Source: Ramlibacter sp.
GTDB taxonomy: Bacteria; Pseudomonadota; Gammaproteobacteria; Burkholderiales; Burkholderiaceae_C
DNA length: 56,179 bases
NCBI GenBank assembly: GCA_022844525.1
Contig: JALHLO010000002.1
Coordinates: 1-56,179 of the forward strand
Direction of reading: 5' to 3'
This document shows, one piece after another, positions 40,268 to 49,572 of this stretch. The position numbers and the translations under genes were made by a program. Position 1 is the first letter of the stretch. Each line of letters starts with the position of its first letter. The notes below the pieces were generated by a model, which did no database searches, had not been told where the DNA came from, and worked only from the letters and a program-made list of their open reading frames with translations.

Positions 40268-40936
40268 ATGGGGATCCCTGTTAACTTTGACAGTGTCAGC
40301 CTCGACGGCATCCTCAGCGACTGGGTGGCGGCGCTGCGCGAGTTCTCGGTCGAGGCCGTCGTGGTGCTCGGGCCGGATCCTTTCGGCGGCAGCGAGGACC
40401 GCCAGGTGGTCGCCGTCCATCCGCCCGTGGTCGCCGAGGCGGCCAACGCCCTGGCCGAAAGCCGCGATTTCGGTGCCCGCTGGCGCGACTCGGACGCCCC
40501 CCTGGTGGCCTGGCAGACCATCGCCAAGTCCGACCCGCAGCGGGCCAGCCGCTGGCGCCTGCTCTGGCTGGCCCACGGCTACCAGACGGTGGTCCGGGTG
40601 GAGTTCTCCCTTCCGGCCGGCCGCGCCTTCGAGTGCTTCATGTTCAGCCCCCGCGAGCTGACCGACCGCACCGAGGCGGCGCTGCTCGCCTGGTCGGCCC
40701 TGAACATCTGGCCGCTGGTGCGGCGCTCGATCGCCACCGCCCGCTCGAAGCTGAGCCCGCGCGAACGCGAGTGCCTGGAGCTCGCCTTCGAGGGCAAGAC
40801 CGCGCGCGAAAGCGCGCTGGCGCTGCAGTGCACCGAGCGCACGGTCAACTACCACCTCGCCAACGCGATGAACAAGCTGAAGGTGGACAACAAGATGGCG
40901 GCGATCCAGCGCGCCTGCTGGCTGGGCGCGATCTAG
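40268..40936 (+). CDS. LuxR-family regulator (solo) with a divergent ligand-binding domain
   Basis: C-terminal LSPRERECL...EGKT..E.A..L...ERTVNYHL.N..KL HTH; ~150 aa N-domain with P..W and G remnants; no luxI in the window. Confidence 0.85.
   Translation: MGIPVNFDSVSLDGILSDWVAALREFSVEAVVVLGPDPFGGSEDRQVVAVHPPVVAEAANALAESRDFGARWRDSDAPLVAWQTIAKSDPQRASRWRLLWLAHGYQTVVRVEFSLPAGRAFECFMFSPRELTDRTEAALLAWSALNIWPLVRRSIATARSKLSPRERECLELAFEGKTARESALALQCTERTVNYHLANAMNKLKVDNKMAAIQRACWLGAI
40276..40295. promoter_or_regulatory. Second lux-box-like site overlapping the first luxR codons
   Basis: CCCTGTTAACTTTGACAGTG, 15/20 identical to 36546-36565; centre 75.5 bp upstream of the kinase ATG 40210. Confidence 0.6.
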
Positions 40937-40975
40937 GGCTGGGCCGGCGCGGGGCGCGGGTTTACCATTGCGGCC

Positions 40976-41914
40976 ATGCCCGATCCCTCCGACGAAGACC
41001 GCACCGCGTCCCTGATGACGCCGGCCAAGCTGGCCCAGCTGAAGGTGCGTCCCGCGCCCGCGGCGTCCCCGTCCGCCTGGCTGGACCAGATGGCGGCCGA
41101 CGCCGGCAGCGGCCACGTGCGGCGCCTGCTGGACCTGCGCCAGCAGATCGCCGGGCAACTGCGCGAACCGGAGCTGCACGGCGTCGCCGGGGCCTGCCAG
41201 GAGCTGCACGACGCGCTGGAGAAGCTCGATTTCGCGCAGCTCGAGCCCAAGGGACTGATCGCCCGGGTGACCGGCAGGGGCAAGGAAGCCACCGCCGGCT
41301 TCGTCGCCCAGTACGACCGCGCGACCCACGCCGCGGACGACCTCGCCGACGAAGTGCGCTCGCTGCAGCGCAAGCAGCAGGCCCAGGGCACGGCCCTGGA
41401 GCGGGCCCTGGTGGAGTTCGACGTGGAGATCCGGGCGATCGAGAAGATCATGGACCAGGGCGCGCGCTGGCTGCAGGACATGCGCAACCAGCTCAAGACG
41501 CGCCAGGCCGCCGGCGGCGATGCCGCCGCGCAGGAACAGATCCGGCAGGACACCGCGCGCTGCGAGCTGCTGGTGGCGCGGCTGAAGCTGCTGCGCACCG
41601 CCAATTCCGCCGCGCAGGAAGCCGTGGAGCGCTGCAAGGGAGCGGCCGGCCGCCATGCCGCCCTGGTGGAGTCGGCGCAGCGCCTGGTCGAGAACGAATG
41701 GAAGCCGGCCCGGCAGAAGCTCGAGGCGGTGGCCGAACAGGCCGTCGCGGCCGGCTCGGCCAGCGAAGGCGTCGAGGCCGCGCGCGGGGCCCGCAAGGAA
41801 CTGCAGGCTGCCTTGCAGCAGGTCGTGCAGGACTGCGGCGCGCTGCAGGCGCAGGAGCAGGCCGCCGGCGACATGCTGGCGGGGCTGCAGGTGTCCCTGC
41901 AGGCCGCCGCTTGA
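40976..41914 (+). CDS. Coiled-coil protein, distant TelA/KlaB-like
   Basis: All-helical; KGLIARVTG....F.AQYD....D.L..EV resembles the TelA family. Confidence 0.55.
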   Translation: MPDPSDEDRTASLMTPAKLAQLKVRPAPAASPSAWLDQMAADAGSGHVRRLLDLRQQIAGQLREPELHGVAGACQELHDALEKLDFAQLEPKGLIARVTGRGKEATAGFVAQYDRATHAADDLADEVRSLQRKQQAQGTALERALVEFDVEIRAIEKIMDQGARWLQDMRNQLKTRQAAGGDAAAQEQIRQDTARCELLVARLKLLRTANSAAQEAVERCKGAAGRHAALVESAQRLVENEWKPARQKLEAVAEQAVAAGSASEGVEAARGARKELQAALQQVVQDCGALQAQEQAAGDMLAGLQVSLQAAA

Positions 41915-41930
41915 GCCGCCGCGTCCAGCC

Positions 41931-42704
41931 ATGAGCTTCCTCGCCGTCGACGTCGGCAACACGCGCCTGAAATGGGCCTTGTACCCCTCCGCGGCGGTCG
42001 GGGCCGAGCCGATCGCCACCGGCGCCGAATTCCTGGAGAACATCGACAAGCTGGCCGACGGCGAGTGGGCCGGCCTGCCGGCGCCCGAGCGCATGCTGGG
42101 CTGCTGCGTGGCGGGCGACGCGGTCAAGCGCCGCGTCGAGGAGCAGATGGAGGAACTGTGGGTCGTGCCGGCGCACTGGGTGGTGGCGAGTGCCGCCGAG
42201 GCCGGCGTGATCAACGGCTACGACCATCCCACGCGCCTGGGCGCCGACCGCTGGGTGGCCATGATCGGCGCGCGCCACCGCATGCTGGCCCAGGGCCCGG
42301 AGCGGCCGATGGTGGTGGTGATGGTGGGCACGGCCGTCACGGTGGAGGCGATCGACGCCTGGGGCCGCTTCCTGGGCGGCTTCATCCTGCCGGGGCACGG
42401 CATCATGCTGCGCGCGCTGGAAAGCGGCACCGCGGGCCTGCACGTGCCCACCGGCGAGGTGCGCGAATTCCCGACCAACACCAGCGACGCGCTCACCAGC
42501 GGCGGCACCTTCGCGATCTCGGGCGCGATCGAGCGCATGGTGCAGCACGTGCGCCGCCGCTGCGGCACCGAACCCGCCTGCTACATGACCGGCGGCGCGG
42601 GCTGGAAGATGGCGCCGCACATGTCGGTGCAGTTCGACCTGGTGGAAAGCCTGATCTTCGACGGCCTGCTGGTGATCGCCAGCGCGCGCGCGGCCGCGGT
42701 GTGA
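41931..42704 (+). CDS. coaX: Type III pantothenate kinase
   Basis: [32 protein letters not shown]. Confidence 0.93.
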   Translation: MSFLAVDVGNTRLKWALYPSAAVGAEPIATGAEFLENIDKLADGEWAGLPAPERMLGCCVAGDAVKRRVEEQMEELWVVPAHWVVASAAEAGVINGYDHPTRLGADRWVAMIGARHRMLAQGPERPMVVVMVGTAVTVEAIDAWGRFLGGFILPGHGIMLRALESGTAGLHVPTGEVREFPTNTSDALTSGGTFAISGAIERMVQHVRRRCGTEPACYMTGGAGWKMAPHMSVQFDLVESLIFDGLLVIASARAAAV

Positions 42705-42723
42705 GCACCCTGCGGGGACGCTG

Positions 42724-43821
42724 TCAGGACGTCAGCCCGTCGACGGCCTGGAACAGCGCCTCGCGGGCCTGTTCCAGCACCTGCCCGCGCCAGGCGTCCG
42801 TGTCCGTGTAGAAGGCCTCCAGCATCCGGCCGCGGATCTCGCGCGCCAGCGCGGGCGGCGCTTCGGGATGGGCGTTGAGCCACTGCTCGCCGCGCAGCGC
42901 CTGGAACACCTGCAGCACCGGCACCGTCCCGTATTCCAGCGCCATGCCGGTGTACTCGGCCTGCGGGCATTCCTCGTAGACCGAGGTCCACATCAGGCCG
43001 GTCAGCAAGGCGGAACTGGAAGAGCCGTCGTAGATGGAAGTGACCGGCGTGCGGCCTTCGCCGCCCCACCACTTCTGGGCGCGCGCCGTGGCCTGCGGGT
43101 CGTCGCGGCCGGCGTAGATGCGCTCGCCCACGCCGCTGGGGCCCAGGCCGGTGTGGATGTCGATCCAGGCGATGCGGCCCGCGCGGCGGCCGTGGGTGGC
43201 CAGCACCTCGCGCAGCGTCCGGTTGCTCCAGGCGGGCGCGTTGCCGCCGTAGAACAGGCCGTCGGGAAATTCGTACTGGCCGCGCGAGATCGCGGCCTGG
43301 TAGGCCTTCTCGCCATGGCGCGCGATGTACTGCGCGATCGCCTGCGCATTCGCCTCGTCGGGCGGCCACCGTTCGGGCACCAGCAGCCGATGCAGCTCGC
43401 GGTAGTCGGCGTTCACCGGCAGCGGCGCGGCGAAGTCGTGGAAGTTGCGGTTCAGGTCGACGTTCTCGTGGGTCGTGCGGCGGATGTGCGAGAAGCCGTA
43501 GGGGTTGAGCCCGTGGATGTACAGCACCGCGACGCCGCGTTCTGCGGCCCGCGCGCGCCACGCGGCGTCGCGCAGCGCGGCCACCTGCACGCCGCTGCCG
43601 CAGAAGCCTTCCACGCCGTGGCAGGCGCTGCTCACCACCAGCAGGGTGGGCGCGCCCGGATCGCCGTCGCGCGCCACGTCCATCGCGAGCGGCTCGCCCT
43701 CCAGGCCCGGCAGCGGATGCGGCTTGGCTTCCACCCGCAGGCCGGCCGCCGCCGCCGCTGCCAGGAACTTGCCGCGCGCCTGCGCGTAGGTCTGGGAAAA
43801 CGCGTCCTGGCCGCCGCTCAT
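42724..43821 (-). CDS. DUF2817 / M14-like metallopeptidase
   Basis: HGVEG, NPYG, NVDLNRNF, DIHTGLG, EYGT. Confidence 0.85.
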   Translation of the reverse strand: MSGGQDAFSQTYAQARGKFLAAAAAAGLRVEAKPHPLPGLEGEPLAMDVARDGDPGAPTLLVVSSACHGVEGFCGSGVQVAALRDAAWRARAAERGVAVLYIHGLNPYGFSHIRRTTHENVDLNRNFHDFAAPLPVNADYRELHRLLVPERWPPDEANAQAIAQYIARHGEKAYQAAISRGQYEFPDGLFYGGNAPAWSNRTLREVLATHGRRAGRIAWIDIHTGLGPSGVGERIYAGRDDPQATARAQKWWGGEGRTPVTSIYDGSSSSALLTGLMWTSVYEECPQAEYTGMALEYGTVPVLQVFQALRGEQWLNAHPEAPPALAREIRGRMLEAFYTDTDAWRGQVLEQAREALFQAVDGLTS

Positions 43822-45014
43822 GCGCGGCCCTTGGCCAGCCACTCCTCGGCCAGCCGCACCCAGTAGGTGGCGCCCAGCGGAATCAGGTCGTCGTTGAAGT
43901 CGTAGCTCGGGTTGTGCAGCAGGCACGGGCCGGCGCCATGCCCCATCGCGCGGTGGCCGCCGTCGCCGTTGTGGATGAAGCAGTACGCCCCCGGTCTGGC
44001 CTGCAGCATGAAGGCGAAGTCCTCGGCGCCCATGGTCGGCTCCTGCACCTGCACGTTGGCCTCGCCGACGATGGAGGCCATCACCTGGCGGGCGAACTCC
44101 GCTTCCGGCGCCGAGTTGACGGTGGCCGGGTAGTTGCGCTGGAACTCGAACTCGCAGGTCGCGTCGTGCGCGGCGCACACGTGTTCGGCGATCTTCTTCA
44201 TGCGCGCCTCGATCATGTCCTGCACTTCGGCGCGGAAGGTGCGCACCGTGCCCTGCAGCTCGCAGCTGTCGGGGATCACGTTGGTGGCCTCGCCGGAATG
44301 GATCATGGTGACCGACACCACGGCGGCGTCCACCGGCTTCGTGTTGCGGCTGACGATGGTCTGGAAGGCCTGCACCATCTGGCAGGCGATCGGCACCGGG
44401 TCGGTGCCCAGGTGCGGCATGGCGCCGTGGCCGCCCTTGCCATGGATCGTGACCTTGAATTCGGCGGTGGAGGCCATCACCGGGCCGGGGCTCACGGCGA
44501 AGCGGCCGACCTGGCCGCCCGGCCAGTTGTGCATGCCGAACACCGCTTCCATGGGGAATTTCTCGAACAGGCCGTCCTTGATCATCTCGCGCGCGCCGCC
44601 GCCGCCTTCCTCGGCCGGCTGGAAGATGAGGTACACGGTGCCGTCGAAGTTGCGGTTCTTCGCGAAGTGGCGCGCGGCCGCCAGCAGCATGGCGGTGTGG
44701 CCGTCGTGGCCGCAGGCGTGCATCTTCCCCGCGTGCTTGCTGGCGTGCGCGAAGGTGTTGAACTCCTGCATGGGCAGGGCGTCCATGTCCGCGCGCAGGC
44801 CGACGGCGCGCGCGGAAGTGCCGTTCTTGACGATGCCGACGACGCCGGTGCCGCCCAGGCCGCGGTGCACGGGAATGCCCCACTCGGTGAGGCGGGCGGC
44901 GACCAGGTCGGCGGTGCGCACTTCCTGGAAGCACAGTTCGGGGTGGGCGTGGATGTCGCGGCGCAGCGCGACGATGGCCGCCGCTTCGGTGACGATGGAA
45001 TCCAGGAGCTTCAT
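43818..45014 (-). CDS. M20D amidohydrolase (hippurate hydrolase-like)
   Basis: HAHPEL, RADMDALP, MHACGHDGH, FQPAEE, EDF, LHNP. Confidence 0.92.
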   Translation of the reverse strand: MKLLDSIVTEAAAIVALRRDIHAHPELCFQEVRTADLVAARLTEWGIPVHRGLGGTGVVGIVKNGTSARAVGLRADMDALPMQEFNTFAHASKHAGKMHACGHDGHTAMLLAAARHFAKNRNFDGTVYLIFQPAEEGGGGAREMIKDGLFEKFPMEAVFGMHNWPGGQVGRFAVSPGPVMASTAEFKVTIHGKGGHGAMPHLGTDPVPIACQMVQAFQTIVSRNTKPVDAAVVSVTMIHSGEATNVIPDSCELQGTVRTFRAEVQDMIEARMKKIAEHVCAAHDATCEFEFQRNYPATVNSAPEAEFARQVMASIVGEANVQVQEPTMGAEDFAFMLQARPGAYCFIHNGDGGHRAMGHGAGPCLLHNPSYDFNDDLIPLGATYWVRLAEEWLAKGRA

Positions 45015-45099
45015 GGGAGTCTTGTCCTGCTGGGGGCCTGCCAGTCTAGCGAGGTGCAAGTCGCGTGCCTATGAGGGATACTCCGTGACAATGGCGCGC

Positions 45100-46269
45100 A
45101 TGGATGCCCCCATTTCCCCGCCGCGCGCCCTGGAGTTCGCGCGCACGCTGGTCGGCTTCAATACCGTCAGCGCCAACTCCAACCTCCCCCTCATCCACTG
45201 CATCCGCGACGAACTGGCGCGCCTGGGCGTGAAGTCCCGGCTGAGCTTCAATGCGGAGCGCACCAAGGCCAACCTGTTCGCCACGCTGGGCGAGGGCAAG
45301 CCGGCGGGCATCATCCTGTCCGGCCACACCGACACGGTGCCCTGGGACGGGCAGGACTGGTCGGTCGACCCGCTGGGCGCCGTGGTGCGCGACGGCCGCC
45401 TGTACGGCCGCGGCTCGGCGGACATGAAGGGCTTCATCGCCACCGCCGTGGCGCATGCGGAACTGTTCCTCAACAGCCAGGCCCCGTTCGCCATCCACCT
45501 GGCCTTCAGCTACGAGGAGGAGATCGGCTGCTTCGGCGTGAAGGAGCTGATCGCCGACATGCGCGAGGCCGGCATCGCACCGCTGGCGTGCATCGTGGGC
45601 GAGCCCACCAGCATGGTGCCTGCCATCGCGCACAAGGGCGTGTACCGCTACCGCTGCTGCGTGCGCGGCAAGGAGGCGCATTCGTCGCTGACGCCGCTGT
45701 CGGTCAATGCGATCGAGATGGCTGCGCGCGTAGTCGGCCGGGTGCGCGACATGGCCGAGCGCTTCGAGCGCGAGGAGCCGCGCTACGAAGGCTTCGACGT
45801 GCCTTTTTCCACCGCCAGCGTCGGCCAGTTCCACGGCGGCATCGCCGACAACGTGGTGCCGCGCGACGCCGAGTTCCGCTACGAGTTCCGCGACCTGCCG
45901 ACCGCCGACGCGCGGGCGATGCAGGAGCAGGTGGTGGCGTACGCCCGCTCGCTGGAGCCGGCGATGCAGCGGGTGGCGCCGGACACCGGCTTCCGCTTCG
46001 AGACCATCTGCGAGATCCCGAGCTTCCTCGGTTCGGCCCAGGACGACGTCACCCGGCTGGCGATGCGCCTGGCGGGCGAACCGCGCACCACGCAGGTCGC
46101 CTTCGGCACCGAGGCGGGCCTGTTCAAGAACGCCGGCATCCGCACCGTCGTCTGCGGGCCCGGCAGCATCGCCCAGGCGCACCAGCCCGACGAATACGTG
46201 AGCCTGGACCAGCTGGCGCGCTGCCAGGCCTTCATGGAAGGCCTGGCGGAAGTTCGCGCGATTGCGTAG
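45100..46269 (+). CDS. argE: Acetylornithine deacetylase
   Basis: LSGHTDTVP, GRGSADMKG, YEEEIGC, GEPT, AHQPDE; alternative ATG at 45091. Confidence 0.85.
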   Translation: MDAPISPPRALEFARTLVGFNTVSANSNLPLIHCIRDELARLGVKSRLSFNAERTKANLFATLGEGKPAGIILSGHTDTVPWDGQDWSVDPLGAVVRDGRLYGRGSADMKGFIATAVAHAELFLNSQAPFAIHLAFSYEEEIGCFGVKELIADMREAGIAPLACIVGEPTSMVPAIAHKGVYRYRCCVRGKEAHSSLTPLSVNAIEMAARVVGRVRDMAERFEREEPRYEGFDVPFSTASVGQFHGGIADNVVPRDAEFRYEFRDLPTADARAMQEQVVAYARSLEPAMQRVAPDTGFRFETICEIPSFLGSAQDDVTRLAMRLAGEPRTTQVAFGTEAGLFKNAGIRTVVCGPGSIAQAHQPDEYVSLDQLARCQAFMEGLAEVRAIA

Positions 46270-46274
46270 GTGCG

Positions 46275-47405
46275 CTAGATGCGCACGCGGCCGTCGGCCG
46301 TGAGCATCGAGAGCTCGACGAACTTCGAGGCCACGTGGTCGTTCGGCGAGAACGACACCTGGAAGCCGCCGAAGGATTCGTTGCCCATGGTCTCCAGGCC
46401 GGCGATCAGGCCGTCGCGCGTGGGCTTCGCCGGCCCGCGGCGCAGGCCCTCGGCCATCACCTTGGCGGCCAGGTAGCCCTCCATGCTGGAGAAGTTCACC
46501 TGGTACTCCGGGCCCGCCTTCTTCGCGGCCTCGGTGAATTCGCGGGTGATGACGCGCGCGGCGCTGTAGGGCGAGGGGACGACCTGGGAGACGACCACGC
46601 CGGCCGCGTCCTTGCCCAGTTCGTCGGCCAGCGCCTGCGTGCCCACGAAGGACACGTTGAAGAAGGTGCCGCCGAAACCGGCCGCGCGGGCGGCGCGGAT
46701 GAAGGCCGCGCAGGCCTTGTAGGCGCCGATCTGCACGATGGCGTCGGGCATGGCCGGCAGCAGGGCCTTCACGGCCGGGGCGACCACCACCGAGTTGCGT
46801 TCCACGGTGGCCAGCGCCACCGGCTTCATGTTGCGCGACTTCAGCGCCAGCTCCACGCCGTCGAGACCGGCCTTGCCGTAGGCGTCGTTCTGGTAGAAGA
46901 CCGCGATCTTCTGCAGGCCCAGCGAGGTCAGCTGCTTGACCACCAGCTCGGTCTCGTCGTTGTACGAGGCGCGGATGTGGAAGGCGTAGCGGTTGAAGGG
47001 CTGCCGCAGGCCCATGGCGCCGGTGAAGGGCGCGAAGAACGGGACCTTCGCCGCGGTGGCCAGCGGCAGCGCCGCCAGGCTGGTGGGCGTGCCGATGTAG
47101 CCGAACAGGGCCATCGGGTCCTCGGCCACCAGCTTCCTGGTGTTCTCGGCACAGCGGTCCGGCTCGTAGCCGTCGTCGAGTTTCACGATTTCGATCGGCC
47201 GGCGGTGCACGCCGCCCTGCGCATTGACCTGGTTGAAATAGAGCTGGGCGCCCTGGTGGAACTGGATCCCCAGCTGCGCGGCGGGGCCGCTGAAGGCGGC
47301 GGACTGGGCGAGCAGGATGCGCTCGCCTTGCGCGCGCAGCGCGGGGGCGGCCACCAGGGCCACGGCGCCGGCGGCGGCGCGGGTGAAGGTACGTCGATTG
47401 AGCAT
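46275..47405 (-). CDS. Periplasmic ABC-type substrate-binding protein (Liv family, Tat-like signal)
   Basis: NRRTF signal, SGPAAQLG, DDGYEP, HIRASY; no adjacent permeases. Confidence 0.88.
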   Translation of the reverse strand: MLNRRTFTRAAAGAVALVAAPALRAQGERILLAQSAAFSGPAAQLGIQFHQGAQLYFNQVNAQGGVHRRPIEIVKLDDGYEPDRCAENTRKLVAEDPMALFGYIGTPTSLAALPLATAAKVPFFAPFTGAMGLRQPFNRYAFHIRASYNDETELVVKQLTSLGLQKIAVFYQNDAYGKAGLDGVELALKSRNMKPVALATVERNSVVVAPAVKALLPAMPDAIVQIGAYKACAAFIRAARAAGFGGTFFNVSFVGTQALADELGKDAAGVVVSQVVPSPYSAARVITREFTEAAKKAGPEYQVNFSSMEGYLAAKVMAEGLRRGPAKPTRDGLIAGLETMGNESFGGFQVSFSPNDHVASKFVELSMLTADGRVRI

Positions 47406-47508
47406 GGAAAGATTCTCCGGTGGCGGAGCTTGCTGCTGCCTGTCGCATCAAAGCCCCTGCGCGGCCCGTGCGGCCAGCGACAATGCATTTTTGCGCAGAA
47501 TGCACGCC

Positions 47509-49572
47509 ATGGCCCCGGATCCGCATACGAAAGAGCTAGCTCCAGCGCGGCAGGTGCTCGGCGCCTGCCCGCACGACTGCCCCGACACCTGTGCGCTCGT
47601 CACCACAGTGCGCGACGGAGTGGCCTTGCGCGTCCAGGGGAATTCCGCCCATCGGCCGACTGGCGGCGTGCTTTGCAACAAGGTGTCGCATTACGTGGAG
47701 CGCACCTATCACGCGGAGCGCCTGCTGCATCCCATGCGCAGGGTCGGCCCCAAGGGCTCCGGCCGCTTCGAGACCGTGAGCTGGGACGTGGCACTCGATG
47801 ACATCGCCCGGCGGCTGGGCGCGATCGCCGCGCGCGATCCGCAGGCGATCCTGCCTTACAGCTACTGCGGCACCATGGGCCTGGTGCAGGGCGAGAGCAT
47901 GGCCGCGCGCTTCTTCCATCGGCTGGGCGCCTCGCTACTCGATCGCACCATCTGCGCCTCGGCGGGCGCCGAAGCGTTGACGCAGACGCTGGGCGGCAAG
48001 GTCGGCATGAAGGTGGAGTTCTTCGCCGAGGCGAAGCTGATCCTGGTGTGGGGCAGCAACTCGATCGCCAGCAACCTGCATTTCTGGCGGCTCGCGCAGG
48101 AGGCCAAGCGGCAGGGCGCGAAGCTGGTGTGCATCGACCCGCGCCGCAGCGAGACCGCCGAGAAGTGCCACGAGCACGTGCAGCTGCTGCCCGGCACCGA
48201 CGCGGCGCTGGCGCTGGCCCTGATGCACGAGCTGGTGGTCAACGACTGGCTGGACCACGACTACCTGGCCGCCCACACCCTGGGCTGGGAAGCGCTGCGC
48301 GAACGCGCGCTGCGCTGGAATCCGGAACGCGCCGCCGCCGTCTGCGGCATCCCCGCCCAGCAGATCCGCGATCTCGCGCGCGATTACGGCACGACGAAGC
48401 CCGCTGCGATCCGCCTGAACTACGGCATGCAGCGGGTGCGCGGCGGCGGCAACGCGGTGCGCGCGGTGGCCTGCCTGCCGGCGCTGACCGGTGCCTGGCG
48501 GCATCGCGCGGGCGGCATGCTGCTGTCGAACTCCGGCGTGTTCCCGGCCGACCGCGCCTACCTGCAGCGGCCCGACCTGCTGGGCGCGCGCAGCCCGCGC
48601 ACCCTCAACATGGTGACCATCGGCGACGACCTGCTGCGGGCCGCCTCGCCCGCGTTCGGCCCGGCCATCGAGGCCGTGGTCGTCTACAACAGCAACCCGG
48701 TGGCGGTCGCGCCCGAGTCCGGCCAGGTGGTGCGCGGCTTCGCCCGCGAGGACCTGTTCACGGTGGTGCTGGAGCACTTCCGCACCGACACGGCGGACTA
48801 TGCCGACTACCTGCTGCCGGCCACCACGCAGCTGGAACACTGGGACGTGCACGGCTCCTATGGCCACACCGACGTGGTGCTGAACCGCCCCGCGATCGCG
48901 CCCGTGGGCGAGTCGCGCACCAACACGCAGGTGTTCCGCGACCTCGCCGCGCGCATGGGCTTCGACGACCCGTGCTTCCGCGAGGACGACGAGAGCCTGT
49001 GCCGCCGCGCGTTCGGCGACCAGGTGGATTTCGGCCTGCTGCTGCAACAGGGCTTCGCGACCCTGCCGGTGCCGGATGCGCCGTTCGCCAACGGCGGCTT
49101 CCCCACCGCCTCGGGCCGCTGCGAATTCTTCAGCGAGCGCCTGGCGCGCCAGGGCCTCGACGGCCTGCCGGACCACGTGCCGAACTACGAGGCCGCTGGC
49201 AGTTCCACGCGCTACCCGCTGGCGATGATCTCGCCGCCCGCGCGCAACTTCCTCAATTCCAGCTTCGTCAACGTGCAGAGCCTGCGCGACATCGAAGGCG
49301 AGCCGCTGCTGGAAATGCATGCCGGCGACGCGGCCGCGCGCGGCCTCGCCGACGCGCAGGTGGTGCGGGTGTTCAACGACCGCGGCGAGTACCTGTGCCG
49401 GCTGCGCATCTCGCCGCGCGCGCGGCCGGGCGTGGTCAACGGCCTGGGCATCTGGTGGCGCAAGCTGGGGCTGGCCGGCACCAACGTCAACCAGCTCACC
49501 AGCCAGCGGCTCACCGACCTGGGCCGCGCCCCCGTGTTCTACGACTGCCTGGTCGAAGTCCACCCGGCGTGA
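47509..49572 (+). CDS. Molybdopterin oxidoreductase (DMSO reductase superfamily), substrate unknown
   Basis: CPHDCPDTC..C Fe-S motif, IDPR.SETA, PGTD.AL, TDTADYADYLLPAT. Confidence 0.88.
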   Translation: MAPDPHTKELAPARQVLGACPHDCPDTCALVTTVRDGVALRVQGNSAHRPTGGVLCNKVSHYVERTYHAERLLHPMRRVGPKGSGRFETVSWDVALDDIARRLGAIAARDPQAILPYSYCGTMGLVQGESMAARFFHRLGASLLDRTICASAGAEALTQTLGGKVGMKVEFFAEAKLILVWGSNSIASNLHFWRLAQEAKRQGAKLVCIDPRRSETAEKCHEHVQLLPGTDAALALALMHELVVNDWLDHDYLAAHTLGWEALRERALRWNPERAAAVCGIPAQQIRDLARDYGTTKPAAIRLNYGMQRVRGGGNAVRAVACLPALTGAWRHRAGGMLLSNSGVFPADRAYLQRPDLLGARSPRTLNMVTIGDDLLRAASPAFGPAIEAVVVYNSNPVAVAPESGQVVRGFAREDLFTVVLEHFRTDTADYADYLLPATTQLEHWDVHGSYGHTDVVLNRPAIAPVGESRTNTQVFRDLAARMGFDDPCFREDDESLCRRAFGDQVDFGLLLQQGFATLPVPDAPFANGGFPTASGRCEFFSERLARQGLDGLPDHVPNYEAAGSSTRYPLAMISPPARNFLNSSFVNVQSLRDIEGEPLLEMHAGDAAARGLADAQVVRVFNDRGEYLCRLRISPRARPGVVNGLGIWWRKLGLAGTNVNQLTSQRLTDLGRAPVFYDCLVEVHPA

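Noticed and set aside
38885-42214. 1109-aa ORF suggesting a giant kinase
   Set aside because: The N-terminal ~670 aa is antisense to luxR and the TelA-like gene; kinase features begin only after ATG 40210
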